A stretch of DNA of 64,000 nucleotides from Agathobaculum sp. (GTDB taxonomy: Bacteria; Bacillota; Clostridia; Lachnospirales; Lachnospiraceae), in the NCBI GenBank assembly GCA_963611035.1, contig CAVDQU010000001.1, positions 8,425-72,424 on the forward strand, read 5' to 3'. Both the position numbers and the translations under genes were made by a program. Under the pieces are notes generated by a model. It did no database searches. It saw only the letters and a program-made list of their open reading frames with translations, and had not been told where the DNA came from. Shown here piece by piece: positions 17,804-27,770 of this stretch; positions within the stretch are counted from its first letter, which is position 1; every line of letters starts with the position of its first letter.

Positions 17804-19099
17804 TCAATGTGCAAATACACTTGGCAGCCATAAGCTGATTCCCGGTATAAATGTGATCAGAAGCAGAGTAATGATCATGCACAGATAGAATGGCAATGTT
17901 GCTTTTACAACCTTTTCCATCGGAAGCTTTGCAACAGCAGAACCAATGAAAAGTACGGCACCTACAGGAGGTGTCAGAAGTCCGATACCACAGTTAAGGA
18001 CAACAATGATACCAAACTGGATCGGATCGATACCAATAGAAGTAGCGATTGGAAGAAGGATCGGGGTTGCGATCAGAATGATCGGCGCCATATCCATGAT
18101 ACAGCCTAATACCAGAAGGATCAGGTTTAATAAAAGTGCAAGAAGGATCGGATTGGTGGTCAGTCCGGTGATGGCCTGAGCTGCCAGATCCGGCACATGA
18201 AGTCTTGTAAGGCAGTAGCCGAAGATACTGGAGGTTGCGATCAGGATCAGAACGATGGAAAGAGTATCCACGCATTCACCTAAAACTCTCCATACACCCT
18301 TCAGGTCAAGGCCCTTGTAAATAAACAGGCTGACGATCAGGCTGTAGATAACTGCGATGGCTGCTGACTCTGTTGCTGTAAACGCACCGCCTACAACGCC
18401 GAATACAACGATGAGAACGGCTGCCAAAGCCCAGAAGGAAACGCTTAACTGCTTTATCAGGTTCTTCATGCTGAACTTATCGCCCTTTGGATAATTGCGC
18501 TTTACGGAAATAATATAAGAACCAACCATCAGAGATACTGCTAAAAGTGCACCCGGAATATAACCTGCCAGGAATAAGCTTCCTACAGAGATACCGCCTG
18601 CTGTAGTGGCATAGATAACCATGTTATGGCTTGGCGGAACCAGAAGTCCTTCGCAAGAAGAGGTAATAGTAACTGCGGTAGAAAAGTCACCGTCATATCC
18701 CTGATCAACCATCATTGGGATCAGGATAGATCCTAAAGAAGCTGTATCTGCTGATGCAGAACCGGAAATACCGCCAAAGAAATAAGATGCAACGATATTT
18801 ACCATTGCCATGCCGCCTCGCATCCAGCCTACACAGGCATTTGCCAATGCGATCAGTTTTTCAGAAATACCTCCGGATCCCATAAGGCATCCCATTGTGA
18901 TAAAGAAAGGAACAGCCATTAAACTGAAAGAGCTGATGCCTTTTACCATCTGCTGACAGATGGTAGTCAGCGGAAGTCCCTGGCTCATCAGGCAGAAGAC
19001 CGAAGAAAGTGCTACTGCATACGCGATTGGGAAACGAAGCAGGATCATAAGGAAGAAGCTTCCCAGTAATACAAGAATTGCCATACTATTTACATCCAT
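17804..19099 (-). CDS. dctM: TRAP transporter large permease
   Basis: LMAVPFF, FGGISGSASAD, VPPS, TATES, TPPVG. Confidence 0.95.
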   Translation of the reverse strand: MDVNSMAILVLLGSFFLMILLRFPIAYAVALSSVFCLMSQGLPLTTICQQMVKGISSFSLMAVPFFITMGCLMGSGGISEKLIALANACVGWMRGGMAMVNIVASYFFGGISGSASADTASLGSILIPMMVDQGYDGDFSTAVTITSSCEGLLVPPSHNMVIYATTAGGISVGSLFLAGYIPGALLAVSLMVGSYIISVKRNYPKGDKFSMKNLIKQLSVSFWALAAVLIVVFGVVGGAFTATESAAIAVIYSLIVSLFIYKGLDLKGVWRVLGECVDTLSIVLILIATSSIFGYCLTRLHVPDLAAQAITGLTTNPILLALLLNLILLVLGCIMDMAPIILIATPILLPIATSIGIDPIQFGIIVVLNCGIGLLTPPVGAVLFIGSAVAKLPMEKVVKATLPFYLCMIITLLLITFIPGISLWLPSVFAH

Positions 19100-19100
19100 A

Positions 19101-19622
19101 CTACTTCTCCTCCTTTACAAAAAAGCTTCTGATATGGTTATACAGTGCCTCAACCTCAAAAATGATCATTGCCACACCTGCTAACGGTACCGGCAGATAC
19201 ATCCAGAAACGTGACACCGTCGGCATACTTACATAAGTACCCTTTGCGCCAATGCCGGTAGCATAATTCCAGCCTACAGTCAGCATAATGATCGCCAATG
19301 CAAAAACAGCTAAATCTGCAAGGATATCCAGAGATTTTACCAGATTCTTCGGCAGATAATTGTCAAGTGCGGTCATTCGGATATGGGCACCGCGGCGGAT
19401 AGCCAAAGCTGCTGAAAGCACAGCCATATAAGCCATACAGGAAAGAACTACTTCTTCAGACCACGCCGGATCCGGAATAAATGAAACATATCGTCCTACA
19501 ACTGACATGCAGGTAATAAGGATATCGATCACAAGCAGAAGCTTGCAGAGAAACAATACAAATTTATACGCTGCATCATACAAAGGACGGATTTTATCGA
19601 TCTTTTCAAAAATGGAAGGCAT
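19101..19622 (-). CDS. dctQ: TRAP transporter small permease
   Basis: V.GRY...WSEE, R.GAHI, four TMs, between dctP and dctM. Confidence 0.9.
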   Translation of the reverse strand: MPSIFEKIDKIRPLYDAAYKFVLFLCKLLLVIDILITCMSVVGRYVSFIPDPAWSEEVVLSCMAYMAVLSAALAIRRGAHIRMTALDNYLPKNLVKSLDILADLAVFALAIIMLTVGWNYATGIGAKGTYVSMPTVSRFWMYLPVPLAGVAMIIFEVEALYNHIRSFFVKEEK

Positions 19623-19754
19623 AGTTTAATCCCCTTTCTTTTTAAAAGCGCAGGAGAGACGCGCTCCCCTGCGCCAGATACACCATTGTTACTGTTCATG
19701 CGTCGCATGACCGGCAACACACCATTTCCTTGAATCTAACTGACCGGATCCGGA

Positions 19755-20858
19755 TTATTTTGCCATATCAAGGATCTGCTGATACAGATCTGCGTTATCC
19801 TTGGTAGAGGACTCGATAATATCCTTGCAGGCTTCCTGCCATGGAGTCTTATCTTCTACTTCTACTACGTTTACGCCAGCTTCCTTTAACTCATCCAGAA
19901 CCTTGTTCTCTGCTTCTTCAGAGATCTTACGGTTAAATTCAGATGCATATTTTCCTGCTTCGGTCAGAACGTCCTGCTGCTCTGGAGTCAGCTTGTCCCA
20001 TGCTTCATCTGTGATGATAACCTGAATAGCGCCTAAGGTATGTCCGTCAAGGATCAGGTTAGGAGCAACCTCCGGGAATGCGTTGGACTGATAGTTTGCA
20101 ATTGGCTGCTCAGCACCGTCAACAACACCGGTCTGTAATGCAGAGTACAGTTCGTTGAAAGAAACAACGGTTGCATTTGCGCCAAGTCCGGCTACCATAC
20201 CGGTCATGATCGGGTCATTGGAAACACGAAGTTTCATTCCCTTTAAGTCTTCAACGCTGTTTACAGGATTAACAGTGAAGAAATGACGGAAACCTTCCTC
20301 TCCGTAGAACAGGCCTCTTACACCCAGTCCGTTGTCATGCGGTTCGTTTAAGAATTCTGGAGCCAGGTCGCTGTCAGCGAATTTCCAGAAATGTGCACGG
20401 TCTGCAAATGTATAAGGTACGGACAGAAGGACGGACTTCTGTGCGCCGTAGCTTGTAAGAGCGAATGCGGAAATACGGGACATATCAATGGTTCCACCAC
20501 CGCCAAGCATAGTATCCAGAACGTCATTTTCTGAACCAAGAACACCGCTGGCCTGAAGGTCTACTGTGATAGATCCGCCGGAAAGTTCTTCTACTTTCTC
20601 TTTGAATGCGCTGTCTGTCTGACCAACGATGGTATCTAATGGGTTAACTTCTGCCATTACCAGAGTAACTGCAGGTCCAACAGGCTCCCCAGCTGCTGCG
20701 GCCTCTTCTTTGGATTCTTCTTTTGCTTCTGCTGCTGTGGTAGCTTCCTCCTTAGCTGCTGCTGTAGTTGCTGTCTCTGGGGACTTTAATCCGCATCCTG
20801 CCAGTGATCCAGCCACCATAGCTGTACAAAGTGCTGCACTCAACCATCTCTTTTTCAT
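19755..20858 (-). CDS. dctP: TRAP substrate-binding lipoprotein
   Basis: Lipobox LAGC, GFRHF, KLRV, FNELYSALQTGVVDGAEQ. Confidence 0.93.
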   Translation of the reverse strand: MKKRWLSAALCTAMVAGSLAGCGLKSPETATTAAAKEEATTAAEAKEESKEEAAAAGEPVGPAVTLVMAEVNPLDTIVGQTDSAFKEKVEELSGGSITVDLQASGVLGSENDVLDTMLGGGGTIDMSRISAFALTSYGAQKSVLLSVPYTFADRAHFWKFADSDLAPEFLNEPHDNGLGVRGLFYGEEGFRHFFTVNPVNSVEDLKGMKLRVSNDPIMTGMVAGLGANATVVSFNELYSALQTGVVDGAEQPIANYQSNAFPEVAPNLILDGHTLGAIQVIITDEAWDKLTPEQQDVLTEAGKYASEFNRKISEEAENKVLDELKEAGVNVVEVEDKTPWQEACKDIIESSTKDNADLYQQILDMAK

Positions 20859-20930
20859 TTTATTACCCTCCTATTAATGCGTTTTTCACATATTTTTTGT
20901 GTTTTTTAACGCTATTTTTATTTCCTTTTT

Positions 20931-20990
20931 ATTATAAGAGGATTTTTTTGTCCTGACCATAGTAATTTTTTGATAATCTTAGTAATATTT
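20931..20990 (-). promoter_or_regulatory. dctP promoter with 20-bp-spaced direct repeats (probable YesN-like activator site)
   Basis: TATAAT at 20931-20936, weak -35 TGGTCA, TAGTAAT[TA]TTT at 20960 and 20980. Confidence 0.55.
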
Positions 20991-21024
20991 TATCTTATAT
21001 TTGTCAGATGGTGTATTTTTTTGT

Positions 21025-21861
21025 CTATTTTTGCCTAAAGACCTTATTTCTGTACTCCGTAGGGCTCTGTCCGGCTACCCTTTTGAATACCTTTGCAAAA
21101 TAATTAGAGTCTTCATAACCTACCGCTCTTCCTATTTCTTTTATATTTACCGTAGGCTGTTCCAGCATCTTCTTCGCCATGCTGACCCTGTATTCTGTAA
21201 GATACGCTGTAAAATTCTGTCCGAAAATCTGCTTGAACATACGGCAGAAATAGGGTTCTGAATAATTTGTTTTTTCAGCCATTATCTGCACAGAAAGATC
21301 CTGCATGTAATTAGCACGGATATAATCACGGATCATCTCCGTCACTTTATTCATGCGCAGATTCTCATTTGTGTCATTATTTATATCCTTATCTGGGTCT
21401 GATCCCTCTGGCTGTATATTTTTGCCCTCTGTTTCCGGCTTTAAGAGTTCTGCAACAGCGTTCTTTTCCTGTTTCTCCCTTTGTTTTTCTTCTGTCAGGC
21501 GCACAGCCTCTTCCAGAACCAGCATTAGTTCTTTTTCATCCCAGGGCTTTAAGATATAATCCAACGCTTTCACTGTGATCGCCTTTTTGGCATAGGCAAA
21601 TTCATCAAAAGCAGTAAGAAAAATGATACAGCAGTCCCTATCCTTTTCCCGGATCCTTTCTGCTGCCTGTATCCCATTGATACCAGGCATCTCAATATCC
21701 AGTACAGCGATCTGGATCTTTTCTTTTTTATATATTTCCAGTGCTTCCCTTCCGTTTTCTGCCTGAAAGATCTCACACTGCCCCTCTAAATTTTTACTCA
21801 GCGTCTTAAAAAGGACCTTTCTCTCGATCATCTCATCATCTGCGATCATCAGTCGGTACAT
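21025..21861 (-). CDS. Response regulator, receiver plus AraC HTH (YesN-like)
   Basis: IADDE, LDIEMP, YILKP; C-terminal YF.R.FK...G.SPTEYR. Confidence 0.92.
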   Translation of the reverse strand: MYRLMIADDEMIERKVLFKTLSKNLEGQCEIFQAENGREALEIYKKEKIQIAVLDIEMPGINGIQAAERIREKDRDCCIIFLTAFDEFAYAKKAITVKALDYILKPWDEKELMLVLEEAVRLTEEKQREKQEKNAVAELLKPETEGKNIQPEGSDPDKDINNDTNENLRMNKVTEMIRDYIRANYMQDLSVQIMAEKTNYSEPYFCRMFKQIFGQNFTAYLTEYRVSMAKKMLEQPTVNIKEIGRAVGYEDSNYFAKVFKRVAGQSPTEYRNKVFRQK

Positions 21862-21881
21862 ATGCTTCTTTCCCCCCTATT

Positions 21882-23378
21882 TTATTCCCCCTGTTTTTCT
21901 TCTCCCTGCGGGATCATCAACTGTATAACCGTTCCTTTTCCTTCCCGGCTGTAGATCCGCAGATCTCCCTTTTCATACATCATATGGACACGCTTGTAAA
22001 TATTTCCCAGTCCGATACCGATCTTTGAAGTACGCCGTTCCTTCATAGCTGCAGAAACTTCTGCGCATCGCTCTCTGCTCATGCCAAGACCTGTATCTGT
22101 TACAGAAAGGATCAGCATCTCTCCCTTTTTCCAGATACGGATATGCAGGATACCGCCCCTTTCCTTCTTTGAAAGTCCATGGACTACTGCATTTTCTACA
22201 AGAGGCTGCAAAGAAAGGGATGGGATGATGGCGTTTACTGCATCTGTTTCCAGATCCAGGCTATACCGGATCCGGCTGCCAAATCGCATTTTCTGCAGGT
22301 ACATATAGTCCTCTACGATCTTTAACTCACGATCCAGTGTAACTGTCTGTTCTATGGTCTTTAAATTATACCGGAACAGGTTTCCAAGACTTAAGATCAT
22401 TTTTTCTGTATCGGCTGCATCTTCCAGTTTTGCTGTGCAGGCGATCATATTTAAGGTATTAAAGAGAAAATGAGGATTGATCTGGCTTTTTAACAGTTCC
22501 AGTCTGGCACTTCCCAGCTGTTTCTCCATTTCGCTGCGCTCTAATTCCTCTTTATGGAGCAGCTCCTGCATTTCATTATTTTCCTTCAAAGTATCAATAT
22601 AGCCCTTTGTACTGTGTTTCATCTTATTGAATGCTCTTACCAGTTCGCCCATTTCATCTTGATTTTCGATGGAAAGATCCGGATGGTCGAAATCATTTGC
22701 CCCGATCTTTCTGGCACTGTCTGCCAGTATTAAAATCGGTCTGGCGATCGTATTGGAAAAAAGCTTTGTAAGCTGTAATACAAACACCATAAGGACTACA
22801 GAAAATAACAGGATCAGGTATGGGATATTTCCAAAAAAAGCAGCTTCTTTTCTGTACTGTGCATTTCCCTCTGTCAGTGTCACCTGCGCCAGACGCCGGG
22901 TATATTCCTGAAGGTATCCCTGCATGCTGTATACACGATACAGCTCGCTTACAAATTCACTGCCTGTTTTAGAACCGGCCGCCACATCGTCCCGGTATTT
23001 CTTATAATTTTCATAAGCATTCTTCACACTCCAGGTTCTTGCACTGCGCTCAATCCCCAGTTTCTGGGGGTCTGAAGGCAATGACCAGAGGCAGCGTTCT
23101 GTCCTTACGCAGGCCACCTGATAAATGCTGCGGTTTTCTTCCTCTGAATTTCGTACATACTGTTCAAAAGCTCTTATCTCCTGATCAAGGGCCTCCTGAA
23201 GATCACGGCATCGGGAATTATCATTTAAGATCCGGCCAAAGCTTCCCAGTGATACTTTTGCGATCCATATATTAAAGAGTGCGGAAAGAGCCATGATCAA
23301 AATGACCATGGCTGCAAAAATTCCTATTTTTCTTTTTATGGAGATCGTCATCCATAACTTTCTCAAAGAAGGACGCAT
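21882..23378 (-). CDS. Sensor histidine kinase (YesM/LytS-like)
   Basis: Two TMs, HAMP (DEMGEL...FN.M), SQINPHFLFNTLN, LQPLVENA, GIGLGN. Confidence 0.93.
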   Translation of the reverse strand: MRPSLRKLWMTISIKRKIGIFAAMVILIMALSALFNIWIAKVSLGSFGRILNDNSRCRDLQEALDQEIRAFEQYVRNSEEENRSIYQVACVRTERCLWSLPSDPQKLGIERSARTWSVKNAYENYKKYRDDVAAGSKTGSEFVSELYRVYSMQGYLQEYTRRLAQVTLTEGNAQYRKEAAFFGNIPYLILLFSVVLMVFVLQLTKLFSNTIARPILILADSARKIGANDFDHPDLSIENQDEMGELVRAFNKMKHSTKGYIDTLKENNEMQELLHKEELERSEMEKQLGSARLELLKSQINPHFLFNTLNMIACTAKLEDAADTEKMILSLGNLFRYNLKTIEQTVTLDRELKIVEDYMYLQKMRFGSRIRYSLDLETDAVNAIIPSLSLQPLVENAVVHGLSKKERGGILHIRIWKKGEMLILSVTDTGLGMSRERCAEVSAAMKERRTSKIGIGLGNIYKRVHMMYEKGDLRIYSREGKGTVIQLMIPQGEEKQGE

Positions 23379-23420
23379 GATAACCTCCTGTTGTAGTTCT
23401 TATATATTCTTATGTATATT

Positions 23421-26123
23421 TTATTTATTTCTGCTACGGCCCCGTTTTTTGGCTGCTCTGAGAGCGGCCTTTTTTGAAGCCGGGTTGGATTTTTCCGGAG
23501 TAGCCGGGGTTTTCGCCGGAACTGGCTCTTTGACCGGCTCTTCTGCTGGTTTTGCCGTCAGCTTTGCAGACTCTGTTTTTGTGGTGGCAAGCTTCTTTGG
23601 TTCTTCTTTTTTCGTTTCCAGCTTGTGAGTTTCTGTCTTTGCTGTAGCTAATTTCTTCGGCTCTTCTTTCTTGGTCTCCAGTTTGTGAGTCTCTGTCTTT
23701 GCTGTAGCTAATTTCTTCGGTTCTTCCTTCTTAGTTTCCAGCTTTTGAGCCTCCATTTTCGCTGTGGCCAGCTTCTTTGGCTCCTCTTTCTTTGCCGTAG
23801 TCAGCTTCTTTGGCTCTTCCTTTTTAGTCGCAAGCTTTTTCGGTTCTGCCTTTTTTGTGGTCAGTCTCTTCGGACTTTCCTTCTTCTCCTCTGGTGTGCA
23901 GGAGAATACCATAAAGCTCATTGGAGGGATGTGGATCTCAATAGAATTTTCTCTTTCATCCCACTCCATTTTCTTGGAAGATTTTGCGCGGCTGTTGATA
24001 CGGCCTTCGCCGCCAAATTCTTTGGCATCACTGTTAAGGATCTCTTTATATTTTCCTGCAAACGGTACTCCAAGGCGGAATTTCTCATGATCCATGTTAT
24101 CAAAATTACATACACACAGCAGAGTTTCGTTTTTACCTCTGCGCACAAACATGATCATGCTTTCCTCACGGTAGCTGCAGTTGATCCATTCAAAGCCCTC
24201 TGTATCAAAATCCTGCTCATACAGCGCCGGATGTGCCTGATACAGCTTGTTTAATTCACGGACATAGGTCTGCATGTTCTTATGCAGCGGGTATTTTAAC
24301 AGATCCCATTCCAGGGATGCATTTTCATTCCACTCATCGATCTGGCCGTAGTCCTGTCCCATAAATAACAGCTTCTTGCCTGGGTGGGACATCATAAAGC
24401 CGTAGGCAGCACGCAGGTTTTCTGCTTTTGCCTCTAAGGTCTCTCCCGGCATTTTACCCATCATAGAGCCTTTTCCATGGACTACCTCGTCATGGGAGAA
24501 TACTAGGACAAAGTTCTCACTGTAGGCATAAAGCATGGAGAATGTCAGCTCACCGTAATTATTTTTACGGAAATAAGGATCACAGCGCATGTAGTTGGTG
24601 AAATCATTCATCCATCCCATGTTCCACTTATAATCAAAGCCAAGACCGCCGTCCTTTGGATCACCAGTGATCATAGGCCATGCGGTAGACTCCTCTGCGA
24701 TCAGGATCGCGCCGTTCTTTCTGCCCTTGAATACTGTATTTAAGTGCTTTAAGAACTCTACAGCTTCCAGATTTTCATTTCCGCCGTATATATTTGCCAC
24801 CCATTCACCGTCATTTTTGCCGTAGTCCAGATACAGCATGGAAGCCACTGCGTCCATACGAATACCGTCTGCGTGGTATTTCTCTGCCCAGAACAGCGCA
24901 TTGGCAATGAGGAAGTTGGATACGCCTGGACGGCCATAATTATAGATCAGTGTGCCCCAATGAGGATGTGAGCCCTTTCTCGGGTCTGCATGCTCATAAA
25001 CGCAGGTTCCGTCAAAACATGCCATTCCAAAGGCGTCTCTTGGGAAATGGGCCGGTACCCAGTCTAAGATCACGCCGATGCCCTGCTCATGCATATAGTC
25101 CATAAAATACATGAAATCATCCGGCGTACCATAGCGGCTGGTAGGGGCATAATAGCCTGTTACCTGATATCCCCAGGAAGCATCCAGAGGATGTTCCATG
25201 ATCGGCAGCAGTTCCACATGGGTATAACCCATATCTTTTATATATCCAACCAGTTTTACAGCCAGTTCCCTGTAATTATAGAACTCGGAGCCAATGATAT
25301 CTTCCCCGTTTTCATCCTTTGCGATCTCTTTGCGCATCCAGGAGCCTAAATGGACTTCGTAAATATTTAAAGGCTTGTCCTTTGTATCAGAAGCAGCCCG
25401 TTCATCCATCCATTTTTTGTCTTTCCACTGGTAGTTGTTGATATCCCATACAACAGAGGCATTATTTGGACGCAACTCTGCATAATTTCCATATGGATCC
25501 GCCTTCATCATAGGCAGTCCGGCTCTTGTCTTGATCTCATATTTGTAAAGACATCCCGGTTTCAGACCTGGAATAAACAGCTCAAATACACTGGCATCTC
25601 CTTCGCCTACTTTGCGCATCTGGTGGCGTCTGCCATCCCATAAGTTAAAATCCCCTACAACACTGACACGCATGGCGCATGGAGCCCAGACTGCAAAATA
25701 AACGCCTTCTACTCCGTCAATGGTCATTGGATGAGCACCCATTTTCTCATAGATATCATAGTAGATGCCTGCTCCAAATTTCTTTAATTCGTCCTCTGTA
25801 AACTGTGGTCCGAAAGAATAAGGATCATGGATCTCTTCTTCCGTTCCATTGTCATAAGTGACAAGTAAAGTGTAAGCTGTCACTGTTTTTCTTGGGATCA
25901 GGACCGCATAAAATCCTGCTTCATCTGCCAGTTCCATAGGATATTTTTTCTCATTTCCTGTAAGCTTTACAGTAATGGCAGCGGCTGTAGGGATAAAAGC
26001 CTGTATCAATAAGCCTTCTTCTGTTGCATGCGGTCCTAACATTCTGTGGGGATCAGCTGACTCGGAATAAGTCAGCTCCTCGATCCCAGCCCAATCCATA
26101 AGATCATATAATTTCTGTTCCAT
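23421..26123 (-). CDS. glgB: 1,4-alpha-glucan branching enzyme with Lys-rich repeat C-terminal extension
   Basis: FAVWAP, YEVHLGSW, SWGYQ, DWVPAHF, RMDAVASM, AEEST, SHDEVVHGK. Confidence 0.96.
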   Translation of the reverse strand: MEQKLYDLMDWAGIEELTYSESADPHRMLGPHATEEGLLIQAFIPTAAAITVKLTGNEKKYPMELADEAGFYAVLIPRKTVTAYTLLVTYDNGTEEEIHDPYSFGPQFTEDELKKFGAGIYYDIYEKMGAHPMTIDGVEGVYFAVWAPCAMRVSVVGDFNLWDGRRHQMRKVGEGDASVFELFIPGLKPGCLYKYEIKTRAGLPMMKADPYGNYAELRPNNASVVWDINNYQWKDKKWMDERAASDTKDKPLNIYEVHLGSWMRKEIAKDENGEDIIGSEFYNYRELAVKLVGYIKDMGYTHVELLPIMEHPLDASWGYQVTGYYAPTSRYGTPDDFMYFMDYMHEQGIGVILDWVPAHFPRDAFGMACFDGTCVYEHADPRKGSHPHWGTLIYNYGRPGVSNFLIANALFWAEKYHADGIRMDAVASMLYLDYGKNDGEWVANIYGGNENLEAVEFLKHLNTVFKGRKNGAILIAEESTAWPMITGDPKDGGLGFDYKWNMGWMNDFTNYMRCDPYFRKNNYGELTFSMLYAYSENFVLVFSHDEVVHGKGSMMGKMPGETLEAKAENLRAAYGFMMSHPGKKLLFMGQDYGQIDEWNENASLEWDLLKYPLHKNMQTYVRELNKLYQAHPALYEQDFDTEGFEWINCSYREESMIMFVRRGKNETLLCVCNFDNMDHEKFRLGVPFAGKYKEILNSDAKEFGGEGRINSRAKSSKKMEWDERENSIEIHIPPMSFMVFSCTPEEKKESPKRLTTKKAEPKKLATKKEEPKKLTTAKKEEPKKLATAKMEAQKLETKKEEPKKLATAKTETHKLETKKEEPKKLATAKTETHKLETKKEEPKKLATTKTESAKLTAKPAEEPVKEPVPAKTPATPEKSNPASKKAALRAAKKRGRSRNK
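23560..23880 (-). repeat. Coding repeat in glgB tail (KKEEPKKLATAKTETHKLET-like, 30/60-bp units)
   Basis: Repeated EPKKL[AT]T units in the translation and near-identical 60-bp DNA units. Confidence 0.9.
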
Positions 26124-26167
26124 CTGCGTGCCCCCTTTTAGCAAAACCAAGTTTTATCCCATCAGGA

Positions 26168-26632
26168 TCATAACTGTTTTGCCCGTTCTGAAATATTCTG
26201 TCTGAAATTGATCACATCATGCTCGTATTCCTGATCCATAAGCGGTGATGAGATCATAAAATCTGCACTTGCCTTGTTGTTTGCAATCGGAATATCGTAA
26301 ACCTGTGCAATACGTAAAAGTGCCTTTACATCTGGATCATGAGGCTGTGCTGTCAATGGGTCGGAGAAAAAGATCACAAAATCGATCTGTCCTTCTACGA
26401 TCTTGGCGCCGATCTGCTGGTCGCCTCCCAATGGACCGCTGTTGTATCCCTTTACCGGAAGACCGGTATAATCAGTGATCATCCTTGCTGTGGTTCCGGT
26501 TCCGCATAAGAAATGTTTCTCCAGAATGGATTTATGTGCTTTGCACCATTCCATTAATTCATGCTTTTTCTGATCATGGGCGATCAGGGCGATATTCTTC
26601 TGTTTTTTGATCGTCATTGGGATAAATTCCAT
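26168..26632 (-). CDS. mgsA: Methylglyoxal synthase
   Basis: IALIAHD.KK, TGTT, SGPLGGDQQIG, PHDPDVKALLR. Confidence 0.95.
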   Translation of the reverse strand: MEFIPMTIKKQKNIALIAHDQKKHELMEWCKAHKSILEKHFLCGTGTTARMITDYTGLPVKGYNSGPLGGDQQIGAKIVEGQIDFVIFFSDPLTAQPHDPDVKALLRIAQVYDIPIANNKASADFMISSPLMDQEYEHDVINFRQNISERAKQL

Positions 26633-26656
26633 TGTATGCATGCCTCCTTTTGATAC

Positions 26657-26691
26657 CTGTCTCTTGTGTTGCTGTCTCTTGTGTTGCTGTC
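26657..26691. repeat. 15-bp tandem duplication upstream of mgsA
   Basis: CTGTCTCTTGTGTTG twice plus CTGTC. Confidence 0.85.
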
Positions 26692-26755
26692 CTAGTTCTA
26701 AATGTATACAATTGTTATTTATGGTGATGCCGCCGTCAGGCGGCACACATGCTAT

Positions 26756-27652
26756 TTATTCGACTACTGGATTAGTGAGCGTTCCAATTCCCTCAATGGT
26801 ACACTCTACCACATCTCCCGCTTTCAAGAATTTTGGCGGTGTAAAGCCCATTCCTGCGCCTGCAGGTGTACCTGTAGCAATAATGGTTCCAGGTTTTAAT
26901 GTCATTCCCTTTGAAAGCTCGCTGACAATGTGGTCAACACCAAAGATCAGCTGCTCTGTATTGCTGTCCTGTCTCAGTTCCCCATTAACACGGGACTGGA
27001 TCGACAGCTTCGGCGGATACGGGATATCTTCTACTGTGGTGATACATGGTCCCATTGGGAAAAATCCGTCTAAGCTCTTTCCAAAATACCACTGTTTATG
27101 CTGTGTCTGAAGAGTTCTGGCACTGACATCATTGATAATGGTATAACCGAAAATGTAATTTTTTACTTCCTCTTCCGGTACATTTTTTGCCTCTTTTCCA
27201 ATGATAACGGCCAGTTCTACCTCATAGTCCAGATCTGCCACAATATCAGAATGGCTCTGGATGCCCTCACCATTTGCCACGGACTCATTTACACGCTTTG
27301 AGAAGTAAACGGCATAAGGGCGTTCGCCCCCAAATGCCTCTTTTTTATAACGTGCAGACTCCTCTGCGTGAGCCATGTAGTTGATACCCAGGCAGATCAC
27401 ATCCTGCTTTGGATTTGGGATCGGCGCTAAAAATCTTACTTCTTCAATAGGTGCCGCTCCTCTGATCTTATAAGGATCCTGACCGGACACATATTCAAGC
27501 AGCTGTTTTTCTGACTCGCTGATCCCTTCGATCAGTTCCTGCATAGTCTTATAATCCATATCCAGTGAACGAAGAGGATAGATCCATTTTCCGTCCTTGC
27601 TGATCACGCCCAGACCGCCTTTATGTTCCACTTCATATGTAACAAGCCTCAT
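26756..27652 (-). CDS. Fumarylacetoacetate hydrolase family protein
   Basis: CLGINY..H, LDYEVEL, NDVSAR, GKSLD, TGTPAG. Confidence 0.92.
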   Translation of the reverse strand: MRLVTYEVEHKGGLGVISKDGKWIYPLRSLDMDYKTMQELIEGISESEKQLLEYVSGQDPYKIRGAAPIEEVRFLAPIPNPKQDVICLGINYMAHAEESARYKKEAFGGERPYAVYFSKRVNESVANGEGIQSHSDIVADLDYEVELAVIIGKEAKNVPEEEVKNYIFGYTIINDVSARTLQTQHKQWYFGKSLDGFFPMGPCITTVEDIPYPPKLSIQSRVNGELRQDSNTEQLIFGVDHIVSELSKGMTLKPGTIIATGTPAGAGMGFTPPKFLKAGDVVECTIEGIGTLTNPVVE

Positions 27653-27770
27653 AACAGCCTCCTTATTCCTCTAATTAGCAATTTCTTAATGCTTACTTTA
27701 TCACATTTTTCCGATATTTTCCACCTTACCACAGATATTTTACATAATATCCAGAAATTTAGCGGACAAT

